Assembly (NCBI GenBank): GCA_047602405.1
Contig: JASGHJ010000002.1
Span: forward strand, 64,001-128,000
From: Anaeromyxobacteraceae bacterium
Lineage (GTDB): Bacteria; Myxococcota; Myxococcia; Myxococcales; Anaeromyxobacteraceae
DNA length: 64,000 nt
Reading direction: 5' to 3'
In this document: positions 32,642 through 44,763 of the stretch, piece by piece
Numbering within the stretch: position 1 is the first letter of the stretch
Layout: each line of letters begins with the position of its first letter
The notes under the pieces: model-generated
What the model was told of the DNA's origin: nothing
Database searches by the model: none
What the model saw: only the letters and a program-made list of their open reading frames with translations
Position numbers and translations under genes: made by a program

Positions 32642-32671
32642 GTCATACGGGCTCGGGGTGCGGCCGGACAA
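32642..32671 (-). promoter_or_regulatory. Candidate sigma70 promoter of the TonB-receptor operon (leaderless)
   Basis: Minus strand TTGTCC-N18-TATGAC, then 6 nt to the GTG at 32635. Confidence 0.45.
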
Positions 32672-32892
32672 GCACCATGCACGCAGGTCAGTATTTGTTG
32701 CATCAACGATATCAGGGGTTTATGTACCCGCGTCGCGTTCGGTCGACCCGCCGGGACTTCGGGCGGCGTCCGCCGAGTTGCATCGGGTGCCCCGAATATG
32801 CGAGGAAGCGCCCCGCGCGGCGGGGTGTTCTGCCGCCGCAACCCCTCGAATCGAGCGGTCCCAGAGGCCCGCCGGGCAGGTGGAGGAAAGTC

Positions 32893-34977
<2,085 letters not shown>

Positions 34978-35000
34978 GGGCCTCCCGCTCCGGCGGTGCC

Positions 35001-36275
35001 ATGATCCGCCAGGAGGCGATCCTCCGGAGTCCGCTCCGGCTCCTCGACCGCTCGATCCACGGCGGGCTGGGGAAGGGTCACCTCGGGGTGATCATGGCGC
35101 CGGCGGGGGTGGGGAAGTCCTCCTGCCTCGCCCAGATCGGCCTCGACCTCCTGCTCCGCGGGAGGTCGGTGCTGCACGTCGCGCTCCACCAGTCGGTGGA
35201 GCACGTCCGGATCCGCTACGACGCGCTCTTCGACGACCTCGCCGGGCGCGTCGACCTCGCAGACCGGCCGGGCAACCGCGACGCCATCGGCCACCGCCGC
35301 CTCATCTGGACCTCGACCGGCGCGCACTTCGGCGCCGCCGAGCTCGACGCCGCCCTCGCGGTGTTCCGCGCCAACCTGGACCGCGATCCGCAGACCGTCC
35401 TCGTCGACGGCCTCGCCTGGACCGGCCCGGGGCTGTCCGCGACCATCGCGGAGCTCAAGGCGAGCGCCGCGCGGGTGGGCGCCGAGATCTGGCTCACCGC
35501 GCGCGACGGGCACGGCGAGGCGCTCCCGGACGGCTGCGCCCCTCACGTCGACATCGAGCTCTTCCTCGAGCCCGCCGGCGGCCAGGCCCGCCTCACGCTC
35601 GTGAAGGACTTCGAGGAGTTCCCCTCCACCCGCGTGCCGCTCGTCCTCGAGGAGGGCCGGCTGCTCGCGGGCCTCGACGAGGGGGCCGAGGACGAGGGCG
35701 CCGAGGCGTTCACCCTGCTCGCGGCCGGTTCGCCCGGCGCGGAGGAGGCGTTCGGTGCCTGCGCCGAGCGCTGGGGTCTCGCCGAGGTGAACTACACCTT
35801 CGACGGACGCAGCGGCCCGGCCGCCGGGGACGCCGTGCGCACGCGCGGCCTCGTCGTGCTCGAGGAGGACGAGCTCCGCCTCGGCGAGGTGAGCCCCGCC
35901 TACGTGCGGGCGCACCTGCACCGCGCGCTCGCGGAGTCGCCCGAGCTGCACCGCGTGCTGCAGACCATCTGGCACCAGGTCTCGACCGCGGGCGAGGTCT
36001 TCGCGGTCGGGGCGCTCAACGCCGACCGGACCGCGCACGGCGGCACCGGCTGGGCGGTCGAGCTCGCGCGCCACTGGGGCCGGCCGGTGCACCTGTTCGA
36101 TCAGGAGCGCGGCGCCTGGTTCCGCTGGGTGGAGCCGGAGTGGCTCCCGGTCGACGCGCCGGTCGTCACGCACGCGCGCTTCGCCGGCTCCGGCACCCGG
36201 CACCTGACCGACGCCGGCCGGGACGCCATCCGCGCGCTCTTCGAGCGGAGCTTCGGCCCCGCGCCGGTGCAGTAG
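35001..36275 (+). CDS. RecA/KaiC-like P-loop ATPase fused to a SLOG-like C-terminal domain
   Basis: LDRSIHGGLGKGHLGVIMAPAGVGKS Walker A, VLVDG Walker B; C-terminal AAGSPGAEEAFG…GGTGWAVELA…GSGTR. Confidence 0.65.
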   Translation: MIRQEAILRSPLRLLDRSIHGGLGKGHLGVIMAPAGVGKSSCLAQIGLDLLLRGRSVLHVALHQSVEHVRIRYDALFDDLAGRVDLADRPGNRDAIGHRRLIWTSTGAHFGAAELDAALAVFRANLDRDPQTVLVDGLAWTGPGLSATIAELKASAARVGAEIWLTARDGHGEALPDGCAPHVDIELFLEPAGGQARLTLVKDFEEFPSTRVPLVLEEGRLLAGLDEGAEDEGAEAFTLLAAGSPGAEEAFGACAERWGLAEVNYTFDGRSGPAAGDAVRTRGLVVLEEDELRLGEVSPAYVRAHLHRALAESPELHRVLQTIWHQVSTAGEVFAVGALNADRTAHGGTGWAVELARHWGRPVHLFDQERGAWFRWVEPEWLPVDAPVVTHARFAGSGTRHLTDAGRDAIRALFERSFGPAPVQ

Positions 36276-36276
36276 C

Positions 36277-37602
36277 TCACTTCTCCGCGAGCGCCGCCTC
36301 GACGGCCTTGCGGAGCGCCTCGACGGTGAGGCCGCCAGGGTCGGGCGGCACGGGCTTGCCGTTCACGAGCAGCGTCGGCGTGCCTTCGAGCCCCTGCGAG
36401 AAGGCCTCGCGCCGCTGCCAGAGGACCTCGGCCCGCCAGCGGCCCTCGGAGAGCTCCCGGGAGAGGCGGTCCACGTCGAGCCCCGCCTTCCGTGCGTGGC
36501 GCAGGAGCCCCTCGAGCCCGAGCTCCGCCGGGTTCGCGAAGAGGCGGTCGGCGAGCTCGAAGAAGCGTCCCTGCGCGTGCGCCGCGAGCCCCGCCTCGGC
36601 GGCGAGGAGCGCGTGCTCGTGGGCGGGCATGGGCACGTTCCGGAAGACCCAGCGGACGCGCTCGCGGTACCCGTCGAGCGCCTCGTGCACGGTGGGCCAC
36701 GACCTCCCGCAGTACGGGCACTGGAAGTCGGCGTACTCGACGACGGTGACCTTCGCGTCCGCCGGCCCGCGCGCGGGCGAGCCCTCGAGCTCGGGCGTCC
36801 AGCCGGCTCCCTGCGGGATGGGGAGCAGGAACTTCACCCGGTGCCCCTCCTGCAGCCTCGCCATCGCCGCGGGGTCCTTCCGGAGCACCTCGGCGGTCAC
36901 CCGCAGGCGCGCGGCCGTCCCCCGCACGAGCCGCTCGTCGACGACCGCGCTCGCAGCCTCCCACCGGTCGGAGAGGAGCTCGAGCACGGCCTTCGAGTCG
37001 GCCACGGCGAGCGCGCCCGCGAGATCGCGCCGGCGGAGGGCCGCGTCGCCGAGGTGGACGATGACGTCGTCGGCGTCCCCCGCGAGGGCGGGAGGGGACG
37101 CCGGGCGCACCGGGAAGGCCGTCTCGAGCCCGCGGGCCAGCTCCGCCTCGCGGGCCTCGAGCTTCCCGAGGAGGACCATGCCCTCGAGCTGGCCGCGCAC
37201 GTCCTCGAGCTTCTTGCCCGCGAGGCGCGGGGTCCTCGCGAGCCTCGCGGCGAGCTCGTCGAACGTCGCGGGGCCGACCTTCCGGAACACCTCCTCCTCC
37301 CACAGCGCGCGGAGCGTCACGCCGCGCCTCCTCGCCTCGAGCCCGAGCAGCGCGTTCGTCACGGCGCGGCGGACCGCCGCCTCGCGCGCGGCGGCGCGCC
37401 GCGAGGGGAAGGCGTCGGCGAGGGCGCGAACCCCCGCGGGGAGCTCGCGGTGGAGAATGACGTCGCCGTCGAGCGAGATCACCGGCGCCTCGGGCCCGAG
37501 GGCGACGCCGGGCGGGAGCGGGTCCGTGGCGGGGGCCGGTGCGGCGGGCGCCGAGGGCGCGGGGCCGGTCGCGAGGAGGAGCGCGAGGGCGAGGGCGTGC
37601 AT
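36277..37602 (-). CDS. DsbA/thioredoxin-family protein with N-terminal helical extension
   Basis: GPADAKVTVVEYADFQCPYC, GTPTLLVNG; signal peptide. Confidence 0.85.
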   Translation of the reverse strand: MHALALALLLATGPAPSAPAAPAPATDPLPPGVALGPEAPVISLDGDVILHRELPAGVRALADAFPSRRAAAREAAVRRAVTNALLGLEARRRGVTLRALWEEEVFRKVGPATFDELAARLARTPRLAGKKLEDVRGQLEGMVLLGKLEAREAELARGLETAFPVRPASPPALAGDADDVIVHLGDAALRRRDLAGALAVADSKAVLELLSDRWEAASAVVDERLVRGTAARLRVTAEVLRKDPAAMARLQEGHRVKFLLPIPQGAGWTPELEGSPARGPADAKVTVVEYADFQCPYCGRSWPTVHEALDGYRERVRWVFRNVPMPAHEHALLAAEAGLAAHAQGRFFELADRLFANPAELGLEGLLRHARKAGLDVDRLSRELSEGRWRAEVLWQRREAFSQGLEGTPTLLVNGKPVPPDPGGLTVEALRKAVEAALAEK

Positions 37603-37700
37603 CCACCGATGCTACGCCCGGTGCGCGGGAGCGCACGAGCCCCCTTCCGAGCAACGGGACGCTGGACGCTCGGGCGGCGTGCCTCTAGAACGGAGCCGCC

Positions 37701-40586
37701 ATGACCACCTCGAAGCGGCGCCGCCTCCTCGCGCGGCTCGGCCTGGGCGCGGGCGCGCTCGCCGTGCTGTACGTCCTCCTCGGCTTCGTCCTCGCGCCCC
37801 GCCTCGTGAAGGGCGCCATCGAGGAGAAGGGCTCCGCGGCGCTGCACCGCGCGGTCACGGTGGCCGAGGTGAAGGTGAACCCGCTCGTCCTCTCGGTCAC
37901 CGTCCGTGGCCTCGCCGTGGCGGAGCCCGCGGGCGGGAACCTCGCCTCCTGGGAGTCGCTGTACGTCCGGCTCGCGCCGTGGAAGGTGCTCGCGGGCGAC
38001 GTCGGCATCGCGGAGATCGTGCTCGTGAAGCCCGCGGCCGCGCTCGGGCTCGACGCGAAGGGGCGGCTGACCATCCAGGATTTGCTCGACCCCGATCCGG
38101 CGGCGCCGCCGCCCACCGGCGAGAAGGAAGGGAAGCCCGCGCTCGGCCTCGCCCTCGACCGGCTCGAGATCGATCAGGCGACGCTCAGCTTCCACGACGA
38201 CACCCGCGCGCCGCGCTTCGAGACCGTGCTCGGCCCGCTCACCGTGAAGCTCTCGCAGTTCCGCACCCGCGGCGGCGGCGACAGCCCCTACGCGTTCACC
38301 GGCGCCACCGAGGCGGGCGAGACGTTCTCCTGGAGCGGCACGCTGCAGAGCGAGCCGCTCCGCTCCGCGGGCACGCTCAGCTTCAAGGGCATCGACCTGC
38401 CGAAGTACGGCGCCTACTCGCGCGACACCGCGCCGAAGCTCCTCGTCGCCTCGGGCAAGCTCGGCCTCGAGACCCGCTACGAGCTCTCCTGGGGCGACGC
38501 CGCGCGGCGGCTCGCGCTCAGCGGGCTCGGCGTCACCGTCGACGACCTCGCGCTCGCCCGCCTCGCCGACCGCGCGGTCGCGGCGAGGCTGCCGCACATC
38601 GAGGTGAAGGGCGGCGAGGTGGACGTGCTCGGGAAGACGGCCACCGTCGCCGAGGTCCGCGTCGCGGGCGGCGCGCTCACCGCCCGCCGGGAGCCGGGCG
38701 GCGCGATGGCCCTCCTCGAGATGCTCGAGCTCGCGCCGTCGCCGCCGTCGCCGTGGCGCTGGAAGGTCGGCACGGTCGCCATCGACGACGTGGCGCTCGA
38801 CGTCGAGGACCTCACGACGCCGCGCCCGGTGAAGCTCGCGCTCGCCGGGCTGAGGGTGCGGCTCTCCGGGATGGAGCAGCGGGCCGACGTCGCCTGCCCG
38901 ATGCAGGCGAGCGTGCGCGTGGGCGAGGCCGGGACGTTCGCGGCCGAGGGGACGGTCTGGCCGAACGCGGCCCGCGCGAAGCTCGCGCTGAAGGCCGCGG
39001 CCATCGATCTCGTCCCGCTCGCGCCGCTCGCGGAGGCGGGCGCGCCGGTGCGCGTCGCCGAGGCCCGGTTCGGGATGGACGCGAGGGTCGAGGTGGACGC
39101 GGCGCAGAAGGAGCCCACGTGGAGGTTCGCGGGCGACGTCGCGCTCGAGGGGCTGCGCCTGCGGCACCCCGCGCGCGAGGAGGAGCTCGTGCGGCTGACG
39201 GCGCTCCGCGTGGAGGGCGTCGACGCGGAGTCGACCGGCCGCGCCTCGGTGAAGGCCGTCCGGCTGGTGGAGCCGCGCCTGAGGGCCATCGTCTTCGAGG
39301 ACGGGACGACCGGGTTCGCGCCGGCGGCGAAGCCGGGCGAGCCGCCGGCGGTCCAGCCCGCCGCCGCGCAACCCGCCGCGGCCACGAAGGCTGCTTCGAC
39401 GAAGCCGGGCGCCGCCCCCGCCTGGCGCACGACGCTCGGCGTGTTCCAGGTCCTGCGCGGGCAGCTCTCCTACGTGGACCGCTCGGTGAAGCCGCCGGTG
39501 CTCCTCGCGCTCGACGACGTCGAGGGCAAGGTGACGAACCTGTCCTCCGACCCGAAGGTCCGCTCGACGGTGGACCTCAAGGCCCGCGTCGGCGCGGCGC
39601 CGCTCGCGATCACCGGCACGGTGAACCCGCTCCAGGCCGAGGCCTACACCGACGTCGCGGTGAGGTCGAAGGGCATCGAGCTCACGCCGCTCTCCCCATA
39701 CGCCGGCAGGCACCTCGGCTACCTGCTCGAGAAGGGCAAGCTCGACCTCGACCTCGCCTACAAGGTGCAGGCGCGCGCGCTCCAGGCCGGGAACGTCGTC
39801 AAGGTCGACCAGCTCACCCTCGGCGAGAAGACCGACAGCCCCGACGCCACCTCGGCCCCCGTGAAGCTCGGCCTCGCGCTCCTGCGCGACAAGGACGGGG
39901 TCATCCTGCTCGACCTCCCCATCGACGGGAACCTCGACGACCCGGAGTTCCGCTACGGCAAGGTGGTCTGGCGGGCGGTGCTCAACGTGCTCGTGAAGGT
40001 GGCGACCTCGCCGTTCTCCGCGCTCGCCTCGCTCGTCGGCGGCGACAAGGAGGACATCTCGCTCGTCGAGTTCCCGGCGGGCGCGGCGAAGCTCGACGAG
40101 GCCGGCCTGAAGCGCGTCCAGCTCCTCGCGGGCGCGCTCGCGCAGCGGCCCGCGCTGTCGCTCGACCTCGAGGGCACCGCGGATCCCGCCGCCGACGGCA
40201 CCGCGCTGCGGCGTGCCGAGCTCGACCGGACGTTCCGGGTGCAGGAGGCGAAGGCGCGCGGCGTCTCGCCGGAGGCGGTGACGTTCACGCCCGAGCAGCG
40301 CGCCGCCCTCGTCGAGAAGGCCTGGCGCGCGGCGTTCCCGCCGGCGCCGCCGGCCGCGGGCCAGGCGGCCGCGAAGGCGCCCACGCCCGCCGAGATGGAG
40401 GCCCAGCTGCTCGGCCGGGTCGCGACGCCGCCGGAGGCGCTGAAGGCGCTCGCGGTGGAGCGGACGCAGGTGGTCCGGGACGCGCTCCTCGCGGCCGGGC
40501 TCGACCCCGCGCGGCTCTTCACGGTCGAGGGCGGCGAGCGCGCGCAGAAGGAACCCGGACCGCGGGCGTACTTCACGGTCAAGTGA
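37701..40586 (+). CDS. DUF748 (AsmA-like) domain protein with OmpA-like C-terminal region
   Basis: N-terminal TM anchor, repeated beta-rich units, LSPYAGRHLGY…GKL, LALLRDKDGVILLDLPIDGNLDDPEF. Confidence 0.8.
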   Translation: MTTSKRRRLLARLGLGAGALAVLYVLLGFVLAPRLVKGAIEEKGSAALHRAVTVAEVKVNPLVLSVTVRGLAVAEPAGGNLASWESLYVRLAPWKVLAGDVGIAEIVLVKPAAALGLDAKGRLTIQDLLDPDPAAPPPTGEKEGKPALGLALDRLEIDQATLSFHDDTRAPRFETVLGPLTVKLSQFRTRGGGDSPYAFTGATEAGETFSWSGTLQSEPLRSAGTLSFKGIDLPKYGAYSRDTAPKLLVASGKLGLETRYELSWGDAARRLALSGLGVTVDDLALARLADRAVAARLPHIEVKGGEVDVLGKTATVAEVRVAGGALTARREPGGAMALLEMLELAPSPPSPWRWKVGTVAIDDVALDVEDLTTPRPVKLALAGLRVRLSGMEQRADVACPMQASVRVGEAGTFAAEGTVWPNAARAKLALKAAAIDLVPLAPLAEAGAPVRVAEARFGMDARVEVDAAQKEPTWRFAGDVALEGLRLRHPAREEELVRLTALRVEGVDAESTGRASVKAVRLVEPRLRAIVFEDGTTGFAPAAKPGEPPAVQPAAAQPAAATKAASTKPGAAPAWRTTLGVFQVLRGQLSYVDRSVKPPVLLALDDVEGKVTNLSSDPKVRSTVDLKARVGAAPLAITGTVNPLQAEAYTDVAVRSKGIELTPLSPYAGRHLGYLLEKGKLDLDLAYKVQARALQAGNVVKVDQLTLGEKTDSPDATSAPVKLGLALLRDKDGVILLDLPIDGNLDDPEFRYGKVVWRAVLNVLVKVATSPFSALASLVGGDKEDISLVEFPAGAAKLDEAGLKRVQLLAGALAQRPALSLDLEGTADPAADGTALRRAELDRTFRVQEAKARGVSPEAVTFTPEQRAALVEKAWRAAFPPAPPAAGQAAAKAPTPAEMEAQLLGRVATPPEALKALAVERTQVVRDALLAAGLDPARLFTVEGGERAQKEPGPRAYFTVK

Positions 40587-40609
40587 GGGGGCCGCTCGGT
40601 GCGTCCGGC

Positions 40610-40885
40610 CTACGCCCCGATCACCACGTTCCACGGGTGGATCCGGTGCCCGGTCACCACCCCGTTCGCGACGTACGGGTCGCGCTTCACGAACGCCTCG
40701 ACCTCCGCGATCGCGTCGACCTTGAAGATGAAGAGCGCGCCGTCGGTCGGGGGATCGTAAGCGCCCGCGAGGAGGAGCTTGCCGGCGGCGAGGTACTCGT
40801 TGGCGAGCGTGAGGTGCGCCGGGCGGTGAGGCGTGCGGCGCTCGAGGACGTCGGGGACGTAGTCGTAGCGGAGGGCGAAGTACAT
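40610..40885 (-). CDS. YciI-like protein
   Basis: RRTPHRPAHL…LLLAGA…GALFIF…DPYVANG; GAGGAGG RBS. Confidence 0.85.
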   Translation of the reverse strand: MYFALRYDYVPDVLERRTPHRPAHLTLANEYLAAGKLLLAGAYDPPTDGALFIFKVDAIAEVEAFVKRDPYVANGVVTGHRIHPWNVVIGA

Positions 40886-40966
40886 GAACCTCCTCTATCA
40901 CGGCTCACGGCGGTCCCGTCGGGTGGGCCCCACGGCGGGTGGGCGCCGGCGGGCGCCGCGGAAGGT

Positions 40967-42101
40967 TCAGGTGCGTGGAGGGGTCGCCTCGCGCCCGATC
41001 GCGTCCCGCAGGATCGCCTCGAGCCCGTCGGCCGCCCGGGCCCAGGTGAACCCCTGGATCAGCGCGTGCCCGGCGCGCGCCAGGCGGACCCGCAGGGCGG
41101 GGTCGCGCACGAGGCGCAGGAGCGCGGCCGCGAGCGCCTCGGGAGCGCGCGCGGGCACCACGAGCGCCGTCTCGCCGTCGTGCGCGAACTCGCGGAAGCC
41201 GCCGGCGTCGGTCGCGACCACCGCGGCGCCGCACGCCATCGCCTCCGCGGGCGTGAGCCCGAAGCCCTCGGTCCAGCTCGGCGCGAGGAACACCGCCGCC
41301 TCGTTGTAGAGCGCGCGCAGCCGCGCCGGGGAGGGGCGCCGCTCGTAGGCGATCCAGGCGGGCAGGTCGGGCGGGCGCGGGAAGACGCCGAACAGCGTCG
41401 CGGCGAGGGCGGGGTGCTCGCGGCGGGCGCGCTCGAGCGCGGCGAGGCCGTCCGGCGTGCCCTTCCAGTCGGCGGTGTGGAAGAGGCATGAGCGCGCGAT
41501 CGGGCGCGCGGGCCTCGGGGGCGACGTCGAGCCCGAAGCGCTCGAAGTCGAGCCCGTTCACGACGACCTCGGCCCGCTCGCCGTGCGCCTCCGCGAACTC
41601 CTCCAGCCAGCGGGCGATGACGACCTTCCGGAGCGGGAGCTTCCAGGTCGCGATCACCTCGTCCTGCGGGCCGGCCCAGGTCTCGAGGTGCTGGATGAGG
41701 TAGAGGTGCGCGCCGGGCAGCGCGGCGACCCACGGCGCGGTCTGCCACGCGGTCGCGAACCAGGCGTCCACCCGCGGGAGCTCCGCGGCCTCGGGCGTCG
41801 GCACGAACGCGAGCTCGACGCGCGGGTCCACCGGGAACCAGGCCCTCGGGTCCCAGCCCCGCCTCAGCCGGCGGTTCGCGAACGAGAGCGCCGCCTTCGC
41901 GCGGAAGAGCGGGCTCGTCCGCCGCCGGGCGACCTTCCCGGGGTCGACGAGGTGCGGCATCGCGACGACGACGCGCCACCCGCGGGCGGCGAGCGCGTTC
42001 GCGTACTCGAGCACGACCTTCACGCCGCCGACCGGCACGCCGGCGCCGGCGGGGAGCAGGAAGCCGACGCTGGGGGCGGAGGAGGTCGTCACGGGCTCCA
42101 C
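40967..42101 (-). CDS. Glycosyltransferase family 4, split by a +1 frameshift at ~41486
   Basis: GGVKVVLEYANAL, ATAWQT N-part; EGFGLTPAEAMACG C-part in adjacent frame; deleting one base gives MLFHTADWKG. Confidence 0.85.
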
Positions 42102-42121
42102 TAGCTACCACACCGCCCGGG

Positions 42122-43036
42122 CTACGCGGGCTGCGCGAGCGCGCCGGGCGTCCGCAGCATCTCGATCACGAGGTCGCGGAACGCCGAGACCTTCGAGGGC
42201 ACGAACTTCGTCGCGGGCGTGACGAGGTAGAGCTGGCCCACGAGGCGCTCGAGCTTCGGCACCACGCGCACGAGCCGGCCCGCGAGCACCTCCCCGTCGG
42301 CGACGATCCCCGGCAACAGGCCGATGCCCGCGCCCGCCCGCACCGCGTCCCGGGTGAAGAGCACGTCGTCGCAGAGCACCCGCGCGCGGGCGGGGGAGGG
42401 CGAGAGCGCGCCGGCATCGCGCAGCGCCTTCACGTTGAGCCGCTGGGGCCCGCCCTTGAACACGACCCAGTCGTGCGTCTCGAGGTCCTCCTCGGTGCGC
42501 GGCGTGCCGCGGCGGGCGAGGTAGAGCGGGGAGGCGTAGGCGCCGAAGAGGATGGGCACCACCTTCTTCACGACGAGCGTCGAGTCGGCGAGCTTCGGCG
42601 CGGCGCGGAGCGCGACGTCGAAGCGCTCCGCCACGAGGTCGACCACCCGGCCGGTGAGGGTGAGGTCCACGGTGACCGCCGGGTAGCGCGCCGTGTAGCG
42701 GGTGATGGCCTCGGCGAGGAACAGCACCCCGAGGTCGACCGGGGCCGTCACGCGGAGCACCCCGCTCGGCGCCTCCTCGCGGCGCTCGGGGACGTCGGTC
42801 ACGGCGTCGCGCAGCTGCTTGAGGAGCGGGGTCGTGCGGTCGTAGAGCGCGGTGCCCGCGCCGGTGAGCGAGACCTGCCGCGTGGTCCGGAAGAGGAGCT
42901 GCGCCTCGAGGTCGCGCTCGAGCCGCGCGACCCCGCGGCTCACGGTCGACTTCGGCAGCCCGAGCTCCTTCGCGGCGGCGGAGAAGCTCTTCGTGCGGGC
43001 GACGGCCTCGAAGACGGCGAGCAGATCGAGCTCCAC
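42122..43036 (-). CDS. LysR-family transcriptional regulator (CrgA/DmlR-like)
   Basis: FEAVARTKSFSAAAKELGLPKSTVSRGVARLE…LLFRTTR; VDLVAERFDVALR; GGAGG RBS. Confidence 0.92.
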   Translation of the reverse strand: MELDLLAVFEAVARTKSFSAAAKELGLPKSTVSRGVARLERDLEAQLLFRTTRQVSLTGAGTALYDRTTPLLKQLRDAVTDVPERREEAPSGVLRVTAPVDLGVLFLAEAITRYTARYPAVTVDLTLTGRVVDLVAERFDVALRAAPKLADSTLVVKKVVPILFGAYASPLYLARRGTPRTEEDLETHDWVVFKGGPQRLNVKALRDAGALSPSPARARVLCDDVLFTRDAVRAGAGIGLLPGIVADGEVLAGRLVRVVPKLERLVGQLYLVTPATKFVPSKVSAFRDLVIEMLRTPGALAQPA

Positions 43037-43070
43037 GGCGGCTTCCTCCAGGCTGGCTGCGGGTTTCCAA

Positions 43071-43090
43071 CTGTTCCCTGTGCGGAACAG
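43071..43090. promoter_or_regulatory. Inverted repeat, candidate LysR operator
   Basis: CTGTTCC-N6-GGAACAG in the divergent LysR/yceI intergenic region. Confidence 0.55.
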
Positions 43091-43160
43091 AGAAGTGATA
43101 GGAGCACGATTGCGCATCGAGCGCAACGGCGGCATCTTGCGTGTCGAAAGGACGACACAC

Positions 43161-43710
43161 ATGACGACCCCCTGGGACATCGACGTTTCTCACTCCGCCA
43201 TCCACTTCCACGTTCGCCACATGGTCATCTCGAAGGTGCACGGCCGCTTCGCGAAGTGGGCCGGCGCGGTCGAGCTCGACCCGGCCGACCTCGCCCGCTC
43301 CTCCGTGAAGGTGACGATCGACGCCGCCTCCATCGACACGCAGGTGGCGGACCGCGACGCCCACCTCCGCTCCGCCGACTTCCTCGACGTGGCGAAGTAC
43401 CCGGAGCTCACCTTCGCCTCGCGGAAGGTCGAGAAGGCCGGCGACGGCTACCGCGTGACGGGCGACCTCACCCTCCACGGCGTCACGAAGGAGGTCGTGC
43501 TCGAGGCCGAGTTCGCCGGCACCGGCAAGGATCCGTGGGGCAACGAGCGCGCGGGCTTCTCCGCGAAGACCGCGATCGACCGCAAGGAGTTCGGCCTCAC
43601 GTGGAACGCGGCCCTCGAGGCGGGCGGCGTGCTCGTCGGCGAGAAGGTCGAGATCGCGATTCGAGCTCGAGGCCGTGAAGCGCGCGGCCCAGAAGCCGGT
43701 GGCGGCGTAG
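43161..43710 (+). CDS. YceI-family protein, +1 frameshift near the 3' end (~43660)
   Basis: WDIDVSHSAIHFHVRHM, RDAHLRSADFLDV, GDLTLHGVTK, DPWGN; deleting one T restores IAIELEAVK…VAA stop at 43708-43710. Confidence 0.9.
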
Positions 43711-43734
43711 CGCCGGGCCGCTTAGGGGAGGGCG

Positions 43735-44655
43735 ATGGCCCTCCCACCCGACGCGCCCTCTCCGGGGCCCGATCCCGCCGTCGAGGCGGTGATCGTGCCC
43801 CGGACCCGCGATCTCGGCGGCTTCGAGGTCCGGCGCGTGCTGCCCTCCGCCGTGCGGCGCATGGTCGGGCCGTTCGTGTTCCTCGACCAGATGGGCCCGG
43901 CGCTCCTCGCGGCCGGGCAGGGGATCGACGTGCGGCCGCACCCGCACGTCGGCCTCGCGACCGTGACCTACCTCTTCACGGGCGAGCTCCTCCACCGCGA
44001 CAGCCTCGGCTCCGTGCAGGTCATCGAGCCCGGGGCGGTGAACTGGATGACCGCCGGGCGCGGCATCGCGCACTCGGAGCGCACGCCGCCCGCGGCGCGC
44101 GCGCGGGGAGGGCCGATCGCGGGCCTGCAGCTCTGGGTGGCGCTGCCCGCCCGCGACGAGGACGCGCCGCCCTCGTTCACGCACACGCCCGCGGCCGCGC
44201 TGCCCCTCGTCGAGGGCGACGGGCTCGCCGCGCGCGTCGTGCTCGGGGCCTTCCTCGGCGCCCGCTCGCCGGTGCACGTCTTCTCGGAGAGCCTGTTCGC
44301 CGACGTCCGGCTCGCGGGCGGCGCGCGCCTGCGGCTCGAGCCCGCGCTCGAGGAGCGTGCGGTGTACGTCGTGGAGGGCGCGGTCGAGGAGGCGGGCGCA
44401 CGCCACGAGGCGGGGCGCCTGCTCGTGCTCCGCCCGGGTGCCGAGGTGGTGCTGCTCGCCGCGGCGTCGCCGGCACGGGTCGCGGTGCTCGGTGGCGAGC
44501 CGCTCGACGGCCCGCGCCACCTCTGGTGGAACTTCGTCGCCACCTCGACCGAGCGCCTCCGCGCCGCCGCGCGCGCCTGGGAGGAAGGCCGGTTCGCCGA
44601 GGTCCCCGGCGAGGGCGAGCGCGTGCCGCTGCCCGACCAGGCGCTCCCGCGCTGA
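43735..44655 (+). CDS. Pirin family protein
   Basis: GPFVFLDQMGP, HPHVGLATVTY, WMTAGRGIAHSE, LQLWVALP, WWNFV. Confidence 0.92.
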   Translation: MALPPDAPSPGPDPAVEAVIVPRTRDLGGFEVRRVLPSAVRRMVGPFVFLDQMGPALLAAGQGIDVRPHPHVGLATVTYLFTGELLHRDSLGSVQVIEPGAVNWMTAGRGIAHSERTPPAARARGGPIAGLQLWVALPARDEDAPPSFTHTPAAALPLVEGDGLAARVVLGAFLGARSPVHVFSESLFADVRLAGGARLRLEPALEERAVYVVEGAVEEAGARHEAGRLLVLRPGAEVVLLAAASPARVAVLGGEPLDGPRHLWWNFVATSTERLRAAARAWEEGRFAEVPGEGERVPLPDQALPR

Positions 44656-44763
44656 CGCCGCGGGCGTCCGTGCGGCGAGCAGGAACGCCGCGCCGGCCAT
44701 CCTCCCCGGGGGGACCAGGGGAGGAGGCCGGCGCGGCCACCCGCAACGGCTGGCGCTACGAGG

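Noticed and set aside
36140..41491. Very long alternative ORFs (for example 1783 aa at 36140-41491, 1435 aa at 28302-32609, 1197 aa at 17997-21590)
   Set aside because: Arg/Gly/Pro/Ala-rich shadow frames caused by high GC and scarce stop codons; they overlap well-supported genes.
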